The position numbers were made by a program, and so were the translations under genes. 64,000 nt of DNA from Octopus vulgaris. Lineage: Eukaryota. The stretch spans positions 33,790,001 through 33,854,000 of the forward strand of contig OX597826.1 of assembly GCA_951406725.2 (NCBI GenBank). The letters run 5' to 3'. Shown here one piece after another: positions 14,392-27,438 of this stretch; within the stretch, counting starts at the first letter, position 1, and each line of letters begins with the position of its first letter. The notes beneath the pieces are model-generated. The model had not been told where the DNA came from and searched no databases. It was given only the letters and a program-made list of their open reading frames with translations.

Positions 14392-16354
14392 TTTCCCCTT
14401 AGACGCAATACCAATGTTAGGCCAAACATTAGCAAATCAGAGATGTCTGCATGTAAACGTATACAAAACGATCAAACAATAATAATTAAACAAGCAGATA
14501 AAGGTGGTGCAATTGTTATTATGGATACCGAATACTATAAGGATTTGGTTGAAGACCAACTGAAGGATACAACCTTCTATTGTGAAATACCCGCAAATAT
14601 AGACCACCACATCATGAAAAAGATCAACAACCTGATTTCAACACACCACAACTCACTTACGGATAATGAAAAAGACTACATCACCAATTTTGAACCAAAA
14701 CCCAGCAACTTCTACGGCTTACCAAAAATACACAAATCAAAAAACATTCAACAGGCAGTAAAAGAACAAGAAAGTGAGTACATAAAATTATTACATCCAA
14801 AAGACCTAAAACTTAGACCTATTATAGCTGGTCCAGCATGCCCTACACACCGTCTAAGCAATTTTATTGACATTGTTTTGAAACCACTATGTACTTACAT
14901 ACCAAGTTTCATCAGGGATGACATCGACTTCCTGTCCCATCTTCCCAAAACAACAGAAACAAATTCAGTTTTACTAAGTTTTGATGTGGTAAGCCTCTAC
15001 ACCAATATTCCACACGATTTAGGAATAAAGGCGATTAAATACTGGTTAGAAAAACATAGAGAAGTGATTCCCAGCAGATTCACAGTGCCATTTATATTAG
15101 ACACAGTCAAACTTATTCTAGAAAATAACACATTCTTCTTCAATGGAAAGAATTACATCCAAATTAGAGGCACGGCGATGGGAACGAGGTTTGCTCCCGT
15201 TTACGCCAACTCTGTAATGGGATACTTAGAAGAACAACTCTACCAAGAGGTGGAGGTAAACTATGGCACTGGATTTAGAAAGTATATTGAAAAGGCATGG
15301 AAGAGATACCTAGACGACTGTTTCATAATCTGGACAGAATCTCTAAATACTCTGGAAGAGTTCAATATCCTCCTGAACAACCTACACCCATCTCTCAAAT
15401 TTACAAAGGAGATGAGTAGTACCAAATTACCATTCCTGGATATAATGGTAATTAAAAAAGACACCACCATCACCACAGATATATACTATAAACACACAGA
15501 CACACATCAATACCTAAATTTTAAGTCGTGCCATCCACCACATACAAAACGTAACATCCCATACTGCCTAGCCAGAAGAATTTGTACTATTGTAGAAGAT
15601 GCAAATATCAGGAACAAACGCCTAATAGAACTAAGAGAATTTTTGCTCAAACAAAAATACCCATCTCTACTTATAGAAAATGGCATACAGCGGGCTATAA
15701 AAATACCTATACAACAACTTAGGACAACCCAAGGAAGAGGAAAACAAGAACAAGTCATACCATTCATAGTGACACACAACCCATGTCACCAGAATATCTT
15801 CAACATTGCCAAAGCAAACCTACCAATCATTGCCCAAAGTAATGAATTAAAAGACATAATCAAGGATCGAGCTATGGTGCTTAGTAAAAGACAGCCTAAA
15901 AACTTGAAAACATTACTAACAAAGGCAAAATTTGACCTCAGCAACAAAGACCAAACATTCACGGTATCTAAATGCAATGATAGCCGATGTGGCACATGCC
16001 AATTCATACATACCGGTCAATATATAAACACAAAAACCGGGAAAATATTCACAAACGCGAATATGAACTGCAAAAGCAGAAATTTAATTTACTGCATCAA
16101 ATGCCCAAATTGTGAAGAAATATATGTAGGTCAGACGGGAAACGCACTATTAGAACGCTCACGTGTACACCGACAACAGATTTAGAGACCCAGAGGTCCA
16201 TCAGATACCTTTGAGTAACCACCTAGCAACATGTGGTTGGAAAATATATATAATATTTCCATTCTACAAATTACACAGCCCAAGTGAAATCGAGAGGAAA
16301 ATCAGAGAAAAGAATTTTATTGATAAATTCGAACCCAAGCTAAATAAGCAATAA
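14392..16354 (+). pseudogene. PLE reverse transcriptase + GIY-YIG endonuclease (near-intact; one frameshift near 16181-16183; N-terminus missing)
   Basis: ADKGG, FYGLPKIHK, LRPIIAG, SFDVVSLYTNIP, QIRGTAMG, RYLDD, LPFLD, SCHP, CxxxxCxxC (CNDSRCGTC), NLIYCIKC..YVGQTG..R..H. Removing one T from attt at about 16180-16183 joins RQQI to RDPEVHQIP..REKNFIDKFEPKLNKQ* (stop 16352-16354). Confidence 0.97.
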
Positions 16355-16670
16355 TAATAATACTTAGAGGTATTACTTCCACTGCTACGACCATGACCAC
16401 TAACAACAACAACAATACTAAAGGTGATCAAGACGAAGATAGCAGGAAAATTATCTTATTTAGGGTTAAAAGTTCTATTGCCACCACCATCACCACTAGC
16501 AACAATAATTAAGGTGCTGACAATGATGATGATGACAATTGAAATATAAAAATATAAAAATCTCTGACAAAGGATATTTACAACATTTCTAAAAATAACC
16601 CAACAATTGCTGCTTCGGCCAGGGTCAAGATACAGGACTCTTGACCTGTCCAACAAAGCGTGATGCCTAA

Positions 16671-16786
16671 ACCAATCAGCTCAACCAACCAATCAGCTTA
16701 AGTAATTGAGTGATACTACACACTGATTGGTCAGAATACAGTTTGCAAAACCTAGCACTCTGGAGCCTACCCAGCTGTATTTATAG
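16671..16786 (+). promoter_or_regulatory. Putative Pol II promoter in the PLE pseudo-LTR
   Basis: CCAATCAGC at 16672 and 16689, inverted CTGATTGG at 16723-16730, TATTTATA at 16778-16785, about 65 nt upstream of the HHR. Confidence 0.55.
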
Positions 16787-16848
16787 CACAGAATCACTCA
16801 TCTTGCTACAGTCAAAAATTGTGAAGCATGACTGTCAACACTACTACA

Positions 16849-16893
16849 TGAACCCGAAGATTGCAGAATTCAATGCATGAAAGTACTAGTTCA
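16849..16893 (+). ncRNA. Minimal hammerhead ribozyme in PLE pLTR
   Basis: Stem I TGAAC/GTTCA; core CCGAAGA; stem II TGCA-GAATTCAA-TGCA; GAAA; palindromic GTAC in place of stem III; UA cleavage site. Confidence 0.8.
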
Positions 16894-17057
16894 ATCAGAA
16901 TGAATATTTAACATTCTACTATTTCATTTTATTTTATTCAATTATAATATATTATCTTATAATATATCATTATAAGATTGTAAATAAAACGTGAAAATCA
17001 GACAAGGTTGGAATTCTTTTTATTAATATATTCTTCTATACACAATCACACACACCC

Positions 17058-17092
<35 letters not shown>

Positions 17093-17356
17093 CATGTGTG
17101 CGTGTGTGTATGTGTGTGTGTGTGAGTATGAGTGTGTGTGTATGTGTGTGCATATTCTGCATAAATTAAGAAATGGTGATGGATGAAAATTTGTTTGTGA
17201 ATACAATTTTAAGTTTACACCATATATATTGACTATGGAAAATAGTTGAATACTGTGGTATAAAGATTTGGGACACAAAAAAAATGGGTTTTAGTACACA
17301 TAGGAATTGAACTTATTTTTGCAATAAGTGTGCTACCAATTATACCAACCATACCC

Positions 17357-17415
<59 letters not shown>

Positions 17416-17857
17416 ATGTAAGAATACATATGTATACATATACACACATATGTACACACATATATATATACAAACACGGGGATTATAGATAGATAGATAT
17501 ATAGATAGATAGATAGATAGATACATACATACATACATACATACATACATACATACATACATACATAGTTAGATAGATAAACAGAGGGATGTACCATATT
17601 TGCTAATGTGAGAAAACATTTAAGATTCACCTCAGTTAAGGAGCTTTTCTTTAACCACACACCTATAAACTTAAACATTTGTGTTTTTAAGACCCAAGCT
17701 GATTTTCTGGGACATTCAAGCCTTGTAAACTGTCAGACATAGCACACATCCATCCACACATTATCTATCTATATATATTTTTATGTTCCAATGGATCTTT
17801 ATCTCTCACTGGATGGAGTATATCTTTGTTGATCTTACCTTAACAGGAACAGAAAAC

Positions 17858-17859
<2 letters not shown>

Positions 17860-17898
<39 letters not shown>

Positions 17899-17968
17899 TA
17901 TATATAATATATATAATATATAATATATAAATATATATATGTGTGTATATATATATATATAATATATA

Positions 17969-18019
<51 letters not shown>

Positions 18020-18039
18020 TATACGTACATATATATATG

Positions 18040-18071
<32 letters not shown>

Positions 18072-18127
18072 CATATACATATGTATGTATATATATACAT
18101 ACATATATATATACATACATACATACA

Positions 18128-18159
<32 letters not shown>

Positions 18160-18303
18160 CATATATACATATATATACATATATATATACATACATATAC
18201 ATACATATATATACATACATATACATACATATATATATATGTATATGTATGTATATATATATGTATATATATGTATGTATGTATATATATATGTATGTAT
18301 ATA

Positions 18304-18350
<47 letters not shown>

Positions 18351-18388
18351 ATATATACCCAGACATTAGGACATACTATATACATGTC

Positions 18389-18433
<45 letters not shown>

Positions 18434-18475
18434 ATATATACCCAGACATTAGGACATACTATATACATGTCATTA
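17860..18475. repeat. (TA)n/(TACA)n microsatellite tract
   Basis: Near-pure dinucleotide repeat, with a duplicated unique motif cccagacattaggacatactatatacatgtcatta at its end. Confidence 0.95.
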
Positions 18476-19509
18476 TCTGAGACAGATGATATCCATCCAC
18501 CCCCATTACCTGTCTTTCAATGTTGTTTTATCATTTCTTTAACAATTTAGGGATAATGTTCTATGTGTGTGTTTGTGTGTGTGTGTGTGTATGCGTGTGC
18601 GCATGTGTGTGTGATAGCATGTGACAGTGTGTATGTGATAGTGCTATGTGTGTGTGTGTGTGTATGAATGTGTGTGATTATGTGTCACTTTACAAGAAAG
18701 TGAAATGAACTTGTGGCAATGAATGTATATGCATGACAATGTGTATGCGTGTGGCAGAGTGTTTATGTGTGTGTGTGTGTGTGTTGTGTGTGCATGCACA
18801 TACCTGTATATGTGAGTACGTGTGAGAATATATGTATATATATGTATAGATGCACGCATGTATTTATCTATAGAGAGATGAATGTATGAATATATACGTA
18901 TGCATATGAAAGAGAGAGAGAAGAAAGAGAGTGTGTGTGTGTGTGTGTATGTGTGTGTGTGTGTGATTTTGTTGTCTGTTTTATGGAAGTCAGTCGAATT
19001 ACAAGTCGGAAACAGCTGAGTAAACGTCCATTGCAGTGTTTCTCGATGTAAAATATCACCACAGCAGAGGCAATGGAGGTGGTGTTGGTGGTGTTGGTGG
19101 TGGTGGTAGTGGTGATGGTGGCACTGTTGATAGTGGAGATGGTGATGGTGGTAGCAGTGGTGGCATTAATTAAATATATAAAACAACAGAGTTTTGTAGT
19201 GTTTGGCATATTTATTGAAGGTTTGGATGTAGGAGTCTAAGGAAGAGGATGAGGTTGACTTGACGTAGGATGGAAGAGTGACAGACGTTGGGAAGAAGAG
19301 TTTAGAGGTATTTTGTTTAGAATACTGCTCTGGTATTAAATAATGAGAAAACACCATCACAAACAATAACAGCAGCAGTAGTAGTAGAGTTTAGAGTATT
19401 TTATCTTTCACCTTCTAACTCTTATTTGTTTCAGCCATTAGACTGTGGCCATGCTGGGGCTCCACTTTGAAGAATTTTAGTGAAAGAAATCGACCTTGGT
19501 ACATAATCT

Positions 19510-19880
19510 TTTTAAGCCAAGTACTTATTGCACAGTACCACCACGGTTACTATTACTACTATGACCAATGGTCACTGCTACTACTGCTATTACGACCAAC
19601 AGTCATTTTCACGATTACAGCCAACGAATCTAGTCAAAGCACAAGACAAACATTATGCTCCCCGCACACAAAAACACCACCACGTGGACTCTGTTGAGAC
19701 TAGTAAGAAACAATTATGAACTTTTTTATTACACTTAACTTTTTAAAATATTTTTGATAAGGATCGCTTTTTCAAGATGAACCGAAACATGTAAAATCTC
19801 TAAGAAAATTAAAATTCATCTTATATAGTGGCATTTTCAAACTTCTTTTTTATAAATATATACCCACTTGTATGCCACTT
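19510..19880 (+). mobile_element. Probable solo PLE pseudo-LTR with degenerate hammerhead (19750-19797)
   Basis: ATTT-TTGATAA-GG ATC..GAT GAA CC-GAAA-CATG-TA-AAAT: palindromic CATG in place of stem III, core decayed from CTGATGA. Boundaries approximate. Confidence 0.55.
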
Positions 19881-19913
19881 TTTATACATACATACATATA
19901 TACATATATATAT

Positions 19914-19944
<31 letters not shown>

Positions 19945-20162
19945 GGCGCAATGGCCTAGTGGTTAGGGCAGCGGACTTGCGGTCGGAGGATCGCGGTTTC
20001 GATTCCCAGACCGGGCGTTGTGTGTGTTTATTGAGCGAAAAAACACCTAAAAGCTCCACGAGGCTCCGGCAGGAGGTGGTGATCCCTGCTGTACTCTTTC
20101 ACCACTCTAAAGGCGGTGCTCCAGCATGGCCGCAGTCAAATGACTGAAACAAGTACAAAAAA

Positions 20163-20180
<18 letters not shown>
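19945..20180 (+). mobile_element. Young tRNA-derived SINE with poly(A) tail, inserted in (TA)n
   Basis: A-box TGGCCTAGTGG, B-box GTTTCGATTCC, CpGs retained; tail ggcggtgctccagcatggccgcagtcaaatgactgaaac plus poly(A). Confidence 0.92.
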
Positions 20181-20194
<14 letters not shown>

Positions 20195-21062
20195 GCTTAG
20201 TAGTTAATGTGTTGCACTCACAATTGTGAGATCGTGGGTTCAGTTGCCAGACTGGGTGTTGCATTGTGTTCTTGAGCAAAGCACTTCATTTCATTGCTCT
20301 GGGATCATTTTGACATCTGACATGTGGCACCCATTTTCACCTGTACAGGTAATGTCGATTTGATGGAGTGAGTGAGCTTATGTAAACACAAACATTTGAT
20401 CACTATAAACAATTAATCTGTGTGGTTGTTCAGCAAGAAATTGTCGAACCCTCATACATTGTCTGAGGACAGGAGAGTCCATTATATATATATATATATA
20501 TATACATAATTTAAATTCATTGCTTTTTCTTTTGTCTTGCTTGATTACGTTTTGGTTGTTTTGCTAAATTTTTCTTGAGAACATTTTGTAGTGGTAAGAC
20601 CTTAGCGGATCTATTTCTAGCATAAGGGTGTCCACATAGTGGTTTCCCTCTAATATGTATATATATATATATATATATATAAAGCACTAAGTCCACTTTG
20701 TTAAGTGGTTGGCGTTATGAAGGCCATCCAGCTGTAAAAATCCTACCAAAACAGTTACAGTAGTCTGGTGCAGGTGTATTAGTTTAATACACAGGAAAAA
20801 TTGCAAAGTCTTTTATGTTTCAAGCCTACACTCTTCGACAGAAAGGAATAAGAGGAAATAAATAGAGAGAGGATGAGAAAAACATATTGAGTCCAGTGGT
20901 CCAACAGGGAATCCAGCTGTAGAACCCATGCCAAATCAAACTGGAACCTGGTGCAAGTCTTCAGCTCATCAGGTCCAGTCAAACTGTCTAACCCACACAA
21001 GCATGGAGAGTGGACATTCAATGATGACGACGACGATGATGATGATGATGATGATGATGATG

Positions 21063-21094
<32 letters not shown>

Positions 21095-21100
21095 ATATGT

Positions 21101-21323
21101 ATAAACAATTATAAATAAGGGCAAAAGAAAAAAATTTCTATGCCAAAATGCTGAAAAACTAGACTTTACATCGTCTAACCGCATACAATATTTTTCACTA
21201 TAAATAAACAGCGTGTATTTATAGTGAAAAATATTATATGTGGTTAGATGATATAAAGTCTATTTTTTCAGCATATTGGCATAGACATTTTTCTTTCTTT
21301 TGTCCTTATTTATAATTGTTTAT
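21101..21323. repeat. Fold-back element (about 110-bp arms, 3-nt spacer)
   Basis: ataaacaattataaataagg..cactataaataaaca-gcg-tgtatttatagtg..ccttatttataattgtttat. Confidence 0.88.
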
Positions 21324-21409
21324 AATGTTCACCTTAAAAGGTATTTTAATATGCTAGCCACTCATAAAATGTTTTTTGAAAAAAATTTTATCCTTATATT
21401 AGAAGTATA

Positions 21410-21449
<40 letters not shown>

Positions 21450-21505
21450 TAGATAGATAGATAGATAGGTAGATAGACAGATATAGATGTATATATATAC
21501 ATACT

Positions 21506-21582
<77 letters not shown>

Positions 21583-21590
21583 ATGTATAT

Positions 21591-21689
21591 GTACGATTGG
21601 TTTCATGTTAAGAAGAATATCTTAATATCTTAACAATTTTAAGATATTAAGCCATTAAGATATTTCTCTTAACATGAAACCAATGGTAC
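21591..21689. repeat. Short fold-back element
   Basis: gtacgattggtttcatgttaaga..tcttaacatgaaaccaatggtac. Confidence 0.8.
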
Positions 21690-21782
21690 AACGGCAGTTT
21701 TAATGCACAAATAAAGAAATTTTATTTACCAATGTGGTGTTGAGCACTCATTCTCATTGTTCGACATTTACGTATCTATATA

Positions 21783-22200
21783 GGTGCAGAAGTGGCTGTG
21801 TGGTAAGTAGCTTGCTTACCAACCACATGGTTCCAGGTTCATTCCCACTGCGTGGCACCTTGGGCAAGTGTCCTCTACTGTAGCCTTGGGCTGACCAAAG
21901 CCTTGTGAGTGGATTTGGTAGATGGAAACTGAAAGAAGCCCGTCATATATATGTATAGATATATGTGTGTGTGTGTGTGTGTGTGTGTATGTTTGTGTGT
22001 CTGTGTTTGTTCCCCCAATATCACTTGACAACTGATGCTGGTGTGTCTACATCCCCCGTAACCTAGCGGCTCATCAAAAGAGGCTGATAGTTTAAATACT
22101 AGGCTTACAAAGAATAAATCCTGGGGTCGATTTACTTGACTAAAGGCGGTGCTCCAGCATGGCCACAGTCAAATGACTGAAACAAATAAAAGAGGAAAGA
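21783..22200 (+). mobile_element. Full-length tRNA-derived SINE
   Basis: Head tggctgtgtggtaag..ggttcattccc, ccttgggcaagt core, internal (TG)n, CR1-like tail. Further copies at 27215-27605 (-), 34130-34440 (-) and 39885-40560 (+, interrupted). Confidence 0.9.
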
Positions 22201-22270
<70 letters not shown>

Positions 22271-22274
<4 letters not shown>

Positions 22275-22480
22275 GTCACTAAATATGAGTGGGTTGTTAG
22301 AAACATCTATATTGCTAGAAATAAGAGCTAAGGAATTCTTGATCAGTGTTTTTGGGTGATTATAGTCCCTGTCAGTACATATGTATACAATTGTGTTTTG
22401 ACTACAGTATTAGAGGACTTTAGCTCTTATTTCTAGCAATGTAGGTGTTTCTAACATGCTAGTCATATTTCATGACAATT
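22271..22480. repeat. Fold-back element with about 60-bp imperfect inverted repeats
   Basis: aattgtca..ttagaaaca..attgctagaaataagagctaa versus ttagctcttatttctagcaat..tgtttctaa..tgacaatt. Confidence 0.8.
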
Positions 22481-23269
22481 ATAGTTTTCCTTTTTGATAA
22501 CAAATTGCACACTGTTGTCTATATTAATTTTCTGTATACATATTAGCAATTCGCTAAATCATCCATAGATTTTTATGGTGAAAACATATATTCTGACAGA
22601 GAATTCATTACAGAATCTGCCACAATCAAGCCAGTCCTTACTGATGAGACAATGGAAATTACTGAAAAATTGTGTGTTGCCAAATTGTTGGCAGCCGATA
22701 TTTTGATGGCCAAGAAAAATGGCCTGACATTGCTAGTGTGAACCAGGTTATACTGTGTGTGTGTCTTGGCCTCTGCAGAACTTCCGACTCTGACTCGGCA
22801 AATACCTGGTGTTTGATTAAACCCAGGTTAAGAATCACTGACTTAAGTAGTAGTACTTTATCTTATTGACCACAGAGGGACAGAAAAAGAATTTAAGGTC
22901 AGCAGGAACTGAACTCGAAACAAGTAAGACTGTAGCTAAATAGATCAGCATCATCAACAACAAGCCCCGGATATTATTGTCTCATATCTTAGGACTCTCA
23001 GGTCTGGTTATCCAGTTTCCATGGAGTATATTTGACCAACCTGTCCACCATAGCAGAATTGATATTGGTGCTGGGGTTACATGGAAAGAACCTGCACTGG
23101 TACTGCATAGACAAAAGTATCAAGCACACTCTATAAAATGACTGGCATTTGGAAGAGCATCAAGCCATAGAAACCCTGCCGCAACAGACAATGGAGCCTG
23201 GTGTGGCCACTGGCCTTACCAGCCCCTGTAAAACCATCCAACCCATGCCAGTGTGGAAAACAGACACTA

Positions 23270-23710
23270 AATGATGATGATGATGAGGATGATGATGATG
23301 ATGATGACAATGTTGGTGGTGACAATAATGATGGTGACAATGATGATGATGACGATGATGATTATAATGATGATGATGATGATAATGATGACAATGATGA
23401 TGATGACGATGATGATGATTATAATGATGACGATTATGCTGACAACGACGATGTCAATGACAATGATGATGATGTTGATGTTAATAAAGTTGATGCTGAT
23501 GACAATGATGATAATGATGATGATGATGACCGATGATGATGATGAAGATAATGATGATAATGATGATGTTGATCATGATGATGATGATGCTGAAGATGAT
23601 AAAGACGATGATGATAAGGGTAATGTTGATGATGATGGTGACGATGGTGATGATGATGACAACGATAATGATGATGATGATGATAATGATGATGATGATG
23701 ATGATGATGA
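23270..23710. repeat. (GAT)n microsatellite expanded from a retroposon tail
   Basis: Directly follows cagacactaaa of the (GAT)-tailed family. Confidence 0.9.
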
Positions 23711-24124
23711 GTGGACTGCAGCAATGTGAAATGATGTGTTTCGCCCAAGAACACAATGTACTGGGGATTGAAACTACAGTCTTGCAATTGTCAGTGCAAT
23801 AATGCTCTAATCCCTACGCCCCACAGCCTAAATGCCACAAGGCATTTTCTCCAACACCGTAATGGTTCTCTTAAGGATTACATTTCTATACATGTTCTCC
23901 AAAATGTCCTTAATTCCTGTTCCAAGAAAGGAAACTCTTGATGTATTTCTCAAACCTTGAATAAAAGAGGTAATAACATTCATAACAACGATATTAATAA
24001 CAACAACAACAACAGCAATAATAATAATAATAATAATATTAATAATAATAATAACAATAATACTATTCGTAATAACGATAGCATTCATAATGATATAATA
24101 TGAATAACAATAATAATAATAAAA

Positions 24125-24184
<60 letters not shown>

Positions 24185-24774
24185 TTAATAATAATAATAA
24201 TAATGATAATAGTAATAATAATAATGAACTTGAAGAATTAGAAGAAAACGAAGCTAGGATAACAAATTGATGTTTGACAGGATGCAGCTGCCAAAACAGC
24301 TTGAGTTTCTTGGTAAATTATTCATTATAAATGAATAAATAACATTGACCCAAGATGGAGCTCTTGTGGTGCTAAGGAGTGTGTGTGTGTGTGTGTGTAT
24401 GGATGGAAGTGTGTATAGGTGTGGGAGGAGTGGTTAATATAGTGAGTAGTAGATGGAAAAGTGGTCAGAATGGAAGCATGGGGTTGGTGTTGTGCATGTA
24501 TTTGTGTGTGTGTGTATATGGATGTATGTGTTTTCTTTAAGGGGCTGGGGGTCAGTCAGGAGCTTGGAAGGGTGAGTAGAGATAATGATAGTGGCAACTG
24601 GAGTAGGGTGTCTAGGTGGGAGAGGGGTCAGAAAAGAACCCCACCACCACCAGAGTGAGTGGGGTGGAATTGGGGGTTGGTGGTAGTACATGAGGGGGTT
24701 CAGATAAAAGGAGGAGATGTAAGCACCCAAGCAAGGTCAAGTGAGTTTTGCTAATAATAATAATAATCCTTTCT

Positions 24775-24971
24775 ATTAAAGGCACAAGGCCTGTAATTTG
24801 GGAGGTGGGGCAAGTCGATTATATCAACCCCAGTACTTGACTGATATATATTTTATTGACCCCCAAAAGGATGAAAGGTAAAGTCAACACCAGAGGAATT
24901 CTAACCCAGGGCATGAATAAAGACGAAATGCCTCTAAGAACTTTGTCCAGCACCCTAATCATTCTGCCAGC

Positions 24972-25065
<94 letters not shown>

Positions 25066-25097
25066 GAATAATAATGATAATGATAATGATAATAATA

Positions 25098-25153
<56 letters not shown>

Positions 25154-25385
25154 AATAATAATAATGGCTTCAAAGGCCTGCAGCTTTGGGGAAAGGATTA
25201 AGTCACTAATATCAACCCACCCCACCCCCATCCCACTGCCACCTAATGGTCAAAACTGGTAATTGCTTTATTGATCTACTCCCCCCCCCTCTCCCTGAAG
25301 AATGAATGTCAAAGTGAAACTCGGCAGAATTTGAACTCAGGACAGGGACAGATGAAATGTTGCCGAGCATTTTGTCCAGCATCAT
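24775..25385 (-). mobile_element. Two SINE copies of the ctgagttcaaatt..gactttgcctttcatcc family, separated by (AAT)n/(GAT)n
   Basis: Match to copies at 50380-50975 (+), 55395-55600 (+), 60830-61035 (-) and 61050-61268 (-). Confidence 0.75.
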
Positions 25386-25522
25386 AATTATGATGATGAT
25401 GACGATGATGATGATGACGACGATGAGGGTAACAACGATGATGATGATGATGATGATTATGATGATGATGACGATGATGGTGGTGATGATGATGATAATG
25501 GTGGTGGTGACGATGATGATGG

Positions 25523-25554
<32 letters not shown>

Positions 25555-25577
25555 GTGGTGATGATGACGATGATGAC

Positions 25578-25613
<36 letters not shown>

Positions 25614-26522
25614 AATGGCAATGATAATAATGAGGATGATGGTGGTGATGATGATGATGACAACGGTGATGATGACAATGTTGATGATGAATTTATTTTC
25701 TTTAAGGGAGGGTATGTCAGTCAACACTGTTGATTTCAGTACTTTACTGACAATTTAATTTAAACTCATAATGGGGAAAATAATAGTTTCTGGTTCAGGC
25801 TGATGGCATGCAATTTTGGAGGAGCGGGGACAGCCATTTATATGAACGTCAGTATTGGACTGATACTTTGGTATATTGATCCCAGAGGAGGACAGATAAA
25901 TGTGACCTGGGCAGGATTTGAACTCAGGACACATTGATCTGCTAGTGGTAGTGGTAGCATAAATAGCAATTGTGCCAGTGTTGGTGATGGTGATTGCGAT
26001 GATTGTGGTGACAGTGGTCGGGGTGTTGATGGGGATGGTTGTGGTAGAGGTATTGGGAGTGGTGATGACGGTGAGCATTGGGGGTGGTACTGGTGTTCGT
26101 TGTGTTGATAGAGGTGTTGGTGGCATTGGATGGTAGTTTTGATGGTGGTGGTGGTAGTGGTGGTGGTGGGACGTGTGTGAATTATGGCATGACAATAAGG
26201 TGGGGGAGGTCAGAGAAAATATGCCTTCATTTCTATGCATATTCAGTTACATATATATATATATACATACATATATACACACATATATACATACATGTTT
26301 ATACATACATACATATGATACATATATATATATATATATATATATACATACATATATATATACATATATATACATACACACACTTAAATATATGTATGTA
26401 TGTATTTGTATATATAAAATCATTAAATATTAACTACAGAGAGACTTTTTGAACACCCTGTATATGTATATCTATATATATGTGTATGTATATGCATATA
26501 AATATATAAGTCTGTGCGTGTG

Positions 26523-26567
<45 letters not shown>

Positions 26568-27399
26568 GTGTGTGTGTGTGTGCACATAGATGCATATATA
26601 TATATATGAGTGTTTGTGTATAGATGTATGTATTTATATACATATATATGTGTACATATACATACATACATACATACATACATACATACATACATGTATG
26701 TCTATGTATATATCAGTTGATTCTTTCCAATTTGAAATCTGTAACAGAATAATAATAAAAGATAAACATTTCTAGGTTAAAAATTAATGAGGTTGTCACC
26801 CCCCCCCTTTCCACTCCCTAAATTTACAATAGTAATGCAACATGAGAATTTGTGTATATTAGGGATTTTTGTTAATTGCATATGAGTGTGTGTGAGTGGA
26901 TGGGGTGCATGTCTGTTATACAGTAAATAAACACCCTGGGTGCATAGATATTGATGTAGACGAGAAATTACTATATTTTCTTCCCACAGATACTTGCATT
27001 TATGTATGACTGTATGTGTGTGTGTGTGTGTGTATAATTATGTATACATACATAGAAATAAATACATATATATATGTCTTTATATATGTGTATGTGTGTA
27101 TAATTGTATATACATAAACATAAATACATATGTATATGTTTACGTGTGTGGTTATGAGTGTGTATACATACATAAATATAAATACATATTCTTTTCTTTT
27201 ACTCATTTATTCTTTTATTTGTTTCAGTCATTTGACTGCGGCCATGCTGGAGCACCGCCTTCAACTCCAGGACTTATTCTTTGTAAGCCTAGTACTTATT
27301 CTCTCAGTCTCTTTACAGGAATGTAAAAACACACCAGCATCGGTTGTCAAGTGTTGTTGGGGGACAAACACAGACATGCAATCATATGCATATATATAT

Positions 27400-27438
<39 letters not shown>

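Larger units (their letters stand above)
14392..17030 (+). mobile_element. Penelope-like element, 5'-truncated, with 3' pseudo-LTR
   Basis: RT/GIY-YIG ORF followed by about 680 nt of 3' sequence containing CCAAT boxes, a TATA-like box, a hammerhead and an AT-rich end; starts right after a (TA)n run. Confidence 0.9.

Noticed and set aside
19945-20015. Functional tRNA gene
   Set aside because: A and B boxes are present, but there is no proper acceptor stem or anticodon loop, and it continues into a SINE body and poly(A).
22641-22670. CTGATGA..GAAA as a hammerhead (similar weak hits at 10653 and 34932)
   Set aside because: No stem II or stem I complementarity.
23201-23802. Poly-Asp/poly-Met/poly-His proteins (also at 3014-3851, 25212-25758 and 61744-62528)
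   Set aside because: Trinucleotide microsatellites open in multiple frames; several are expanded retroposon tails.
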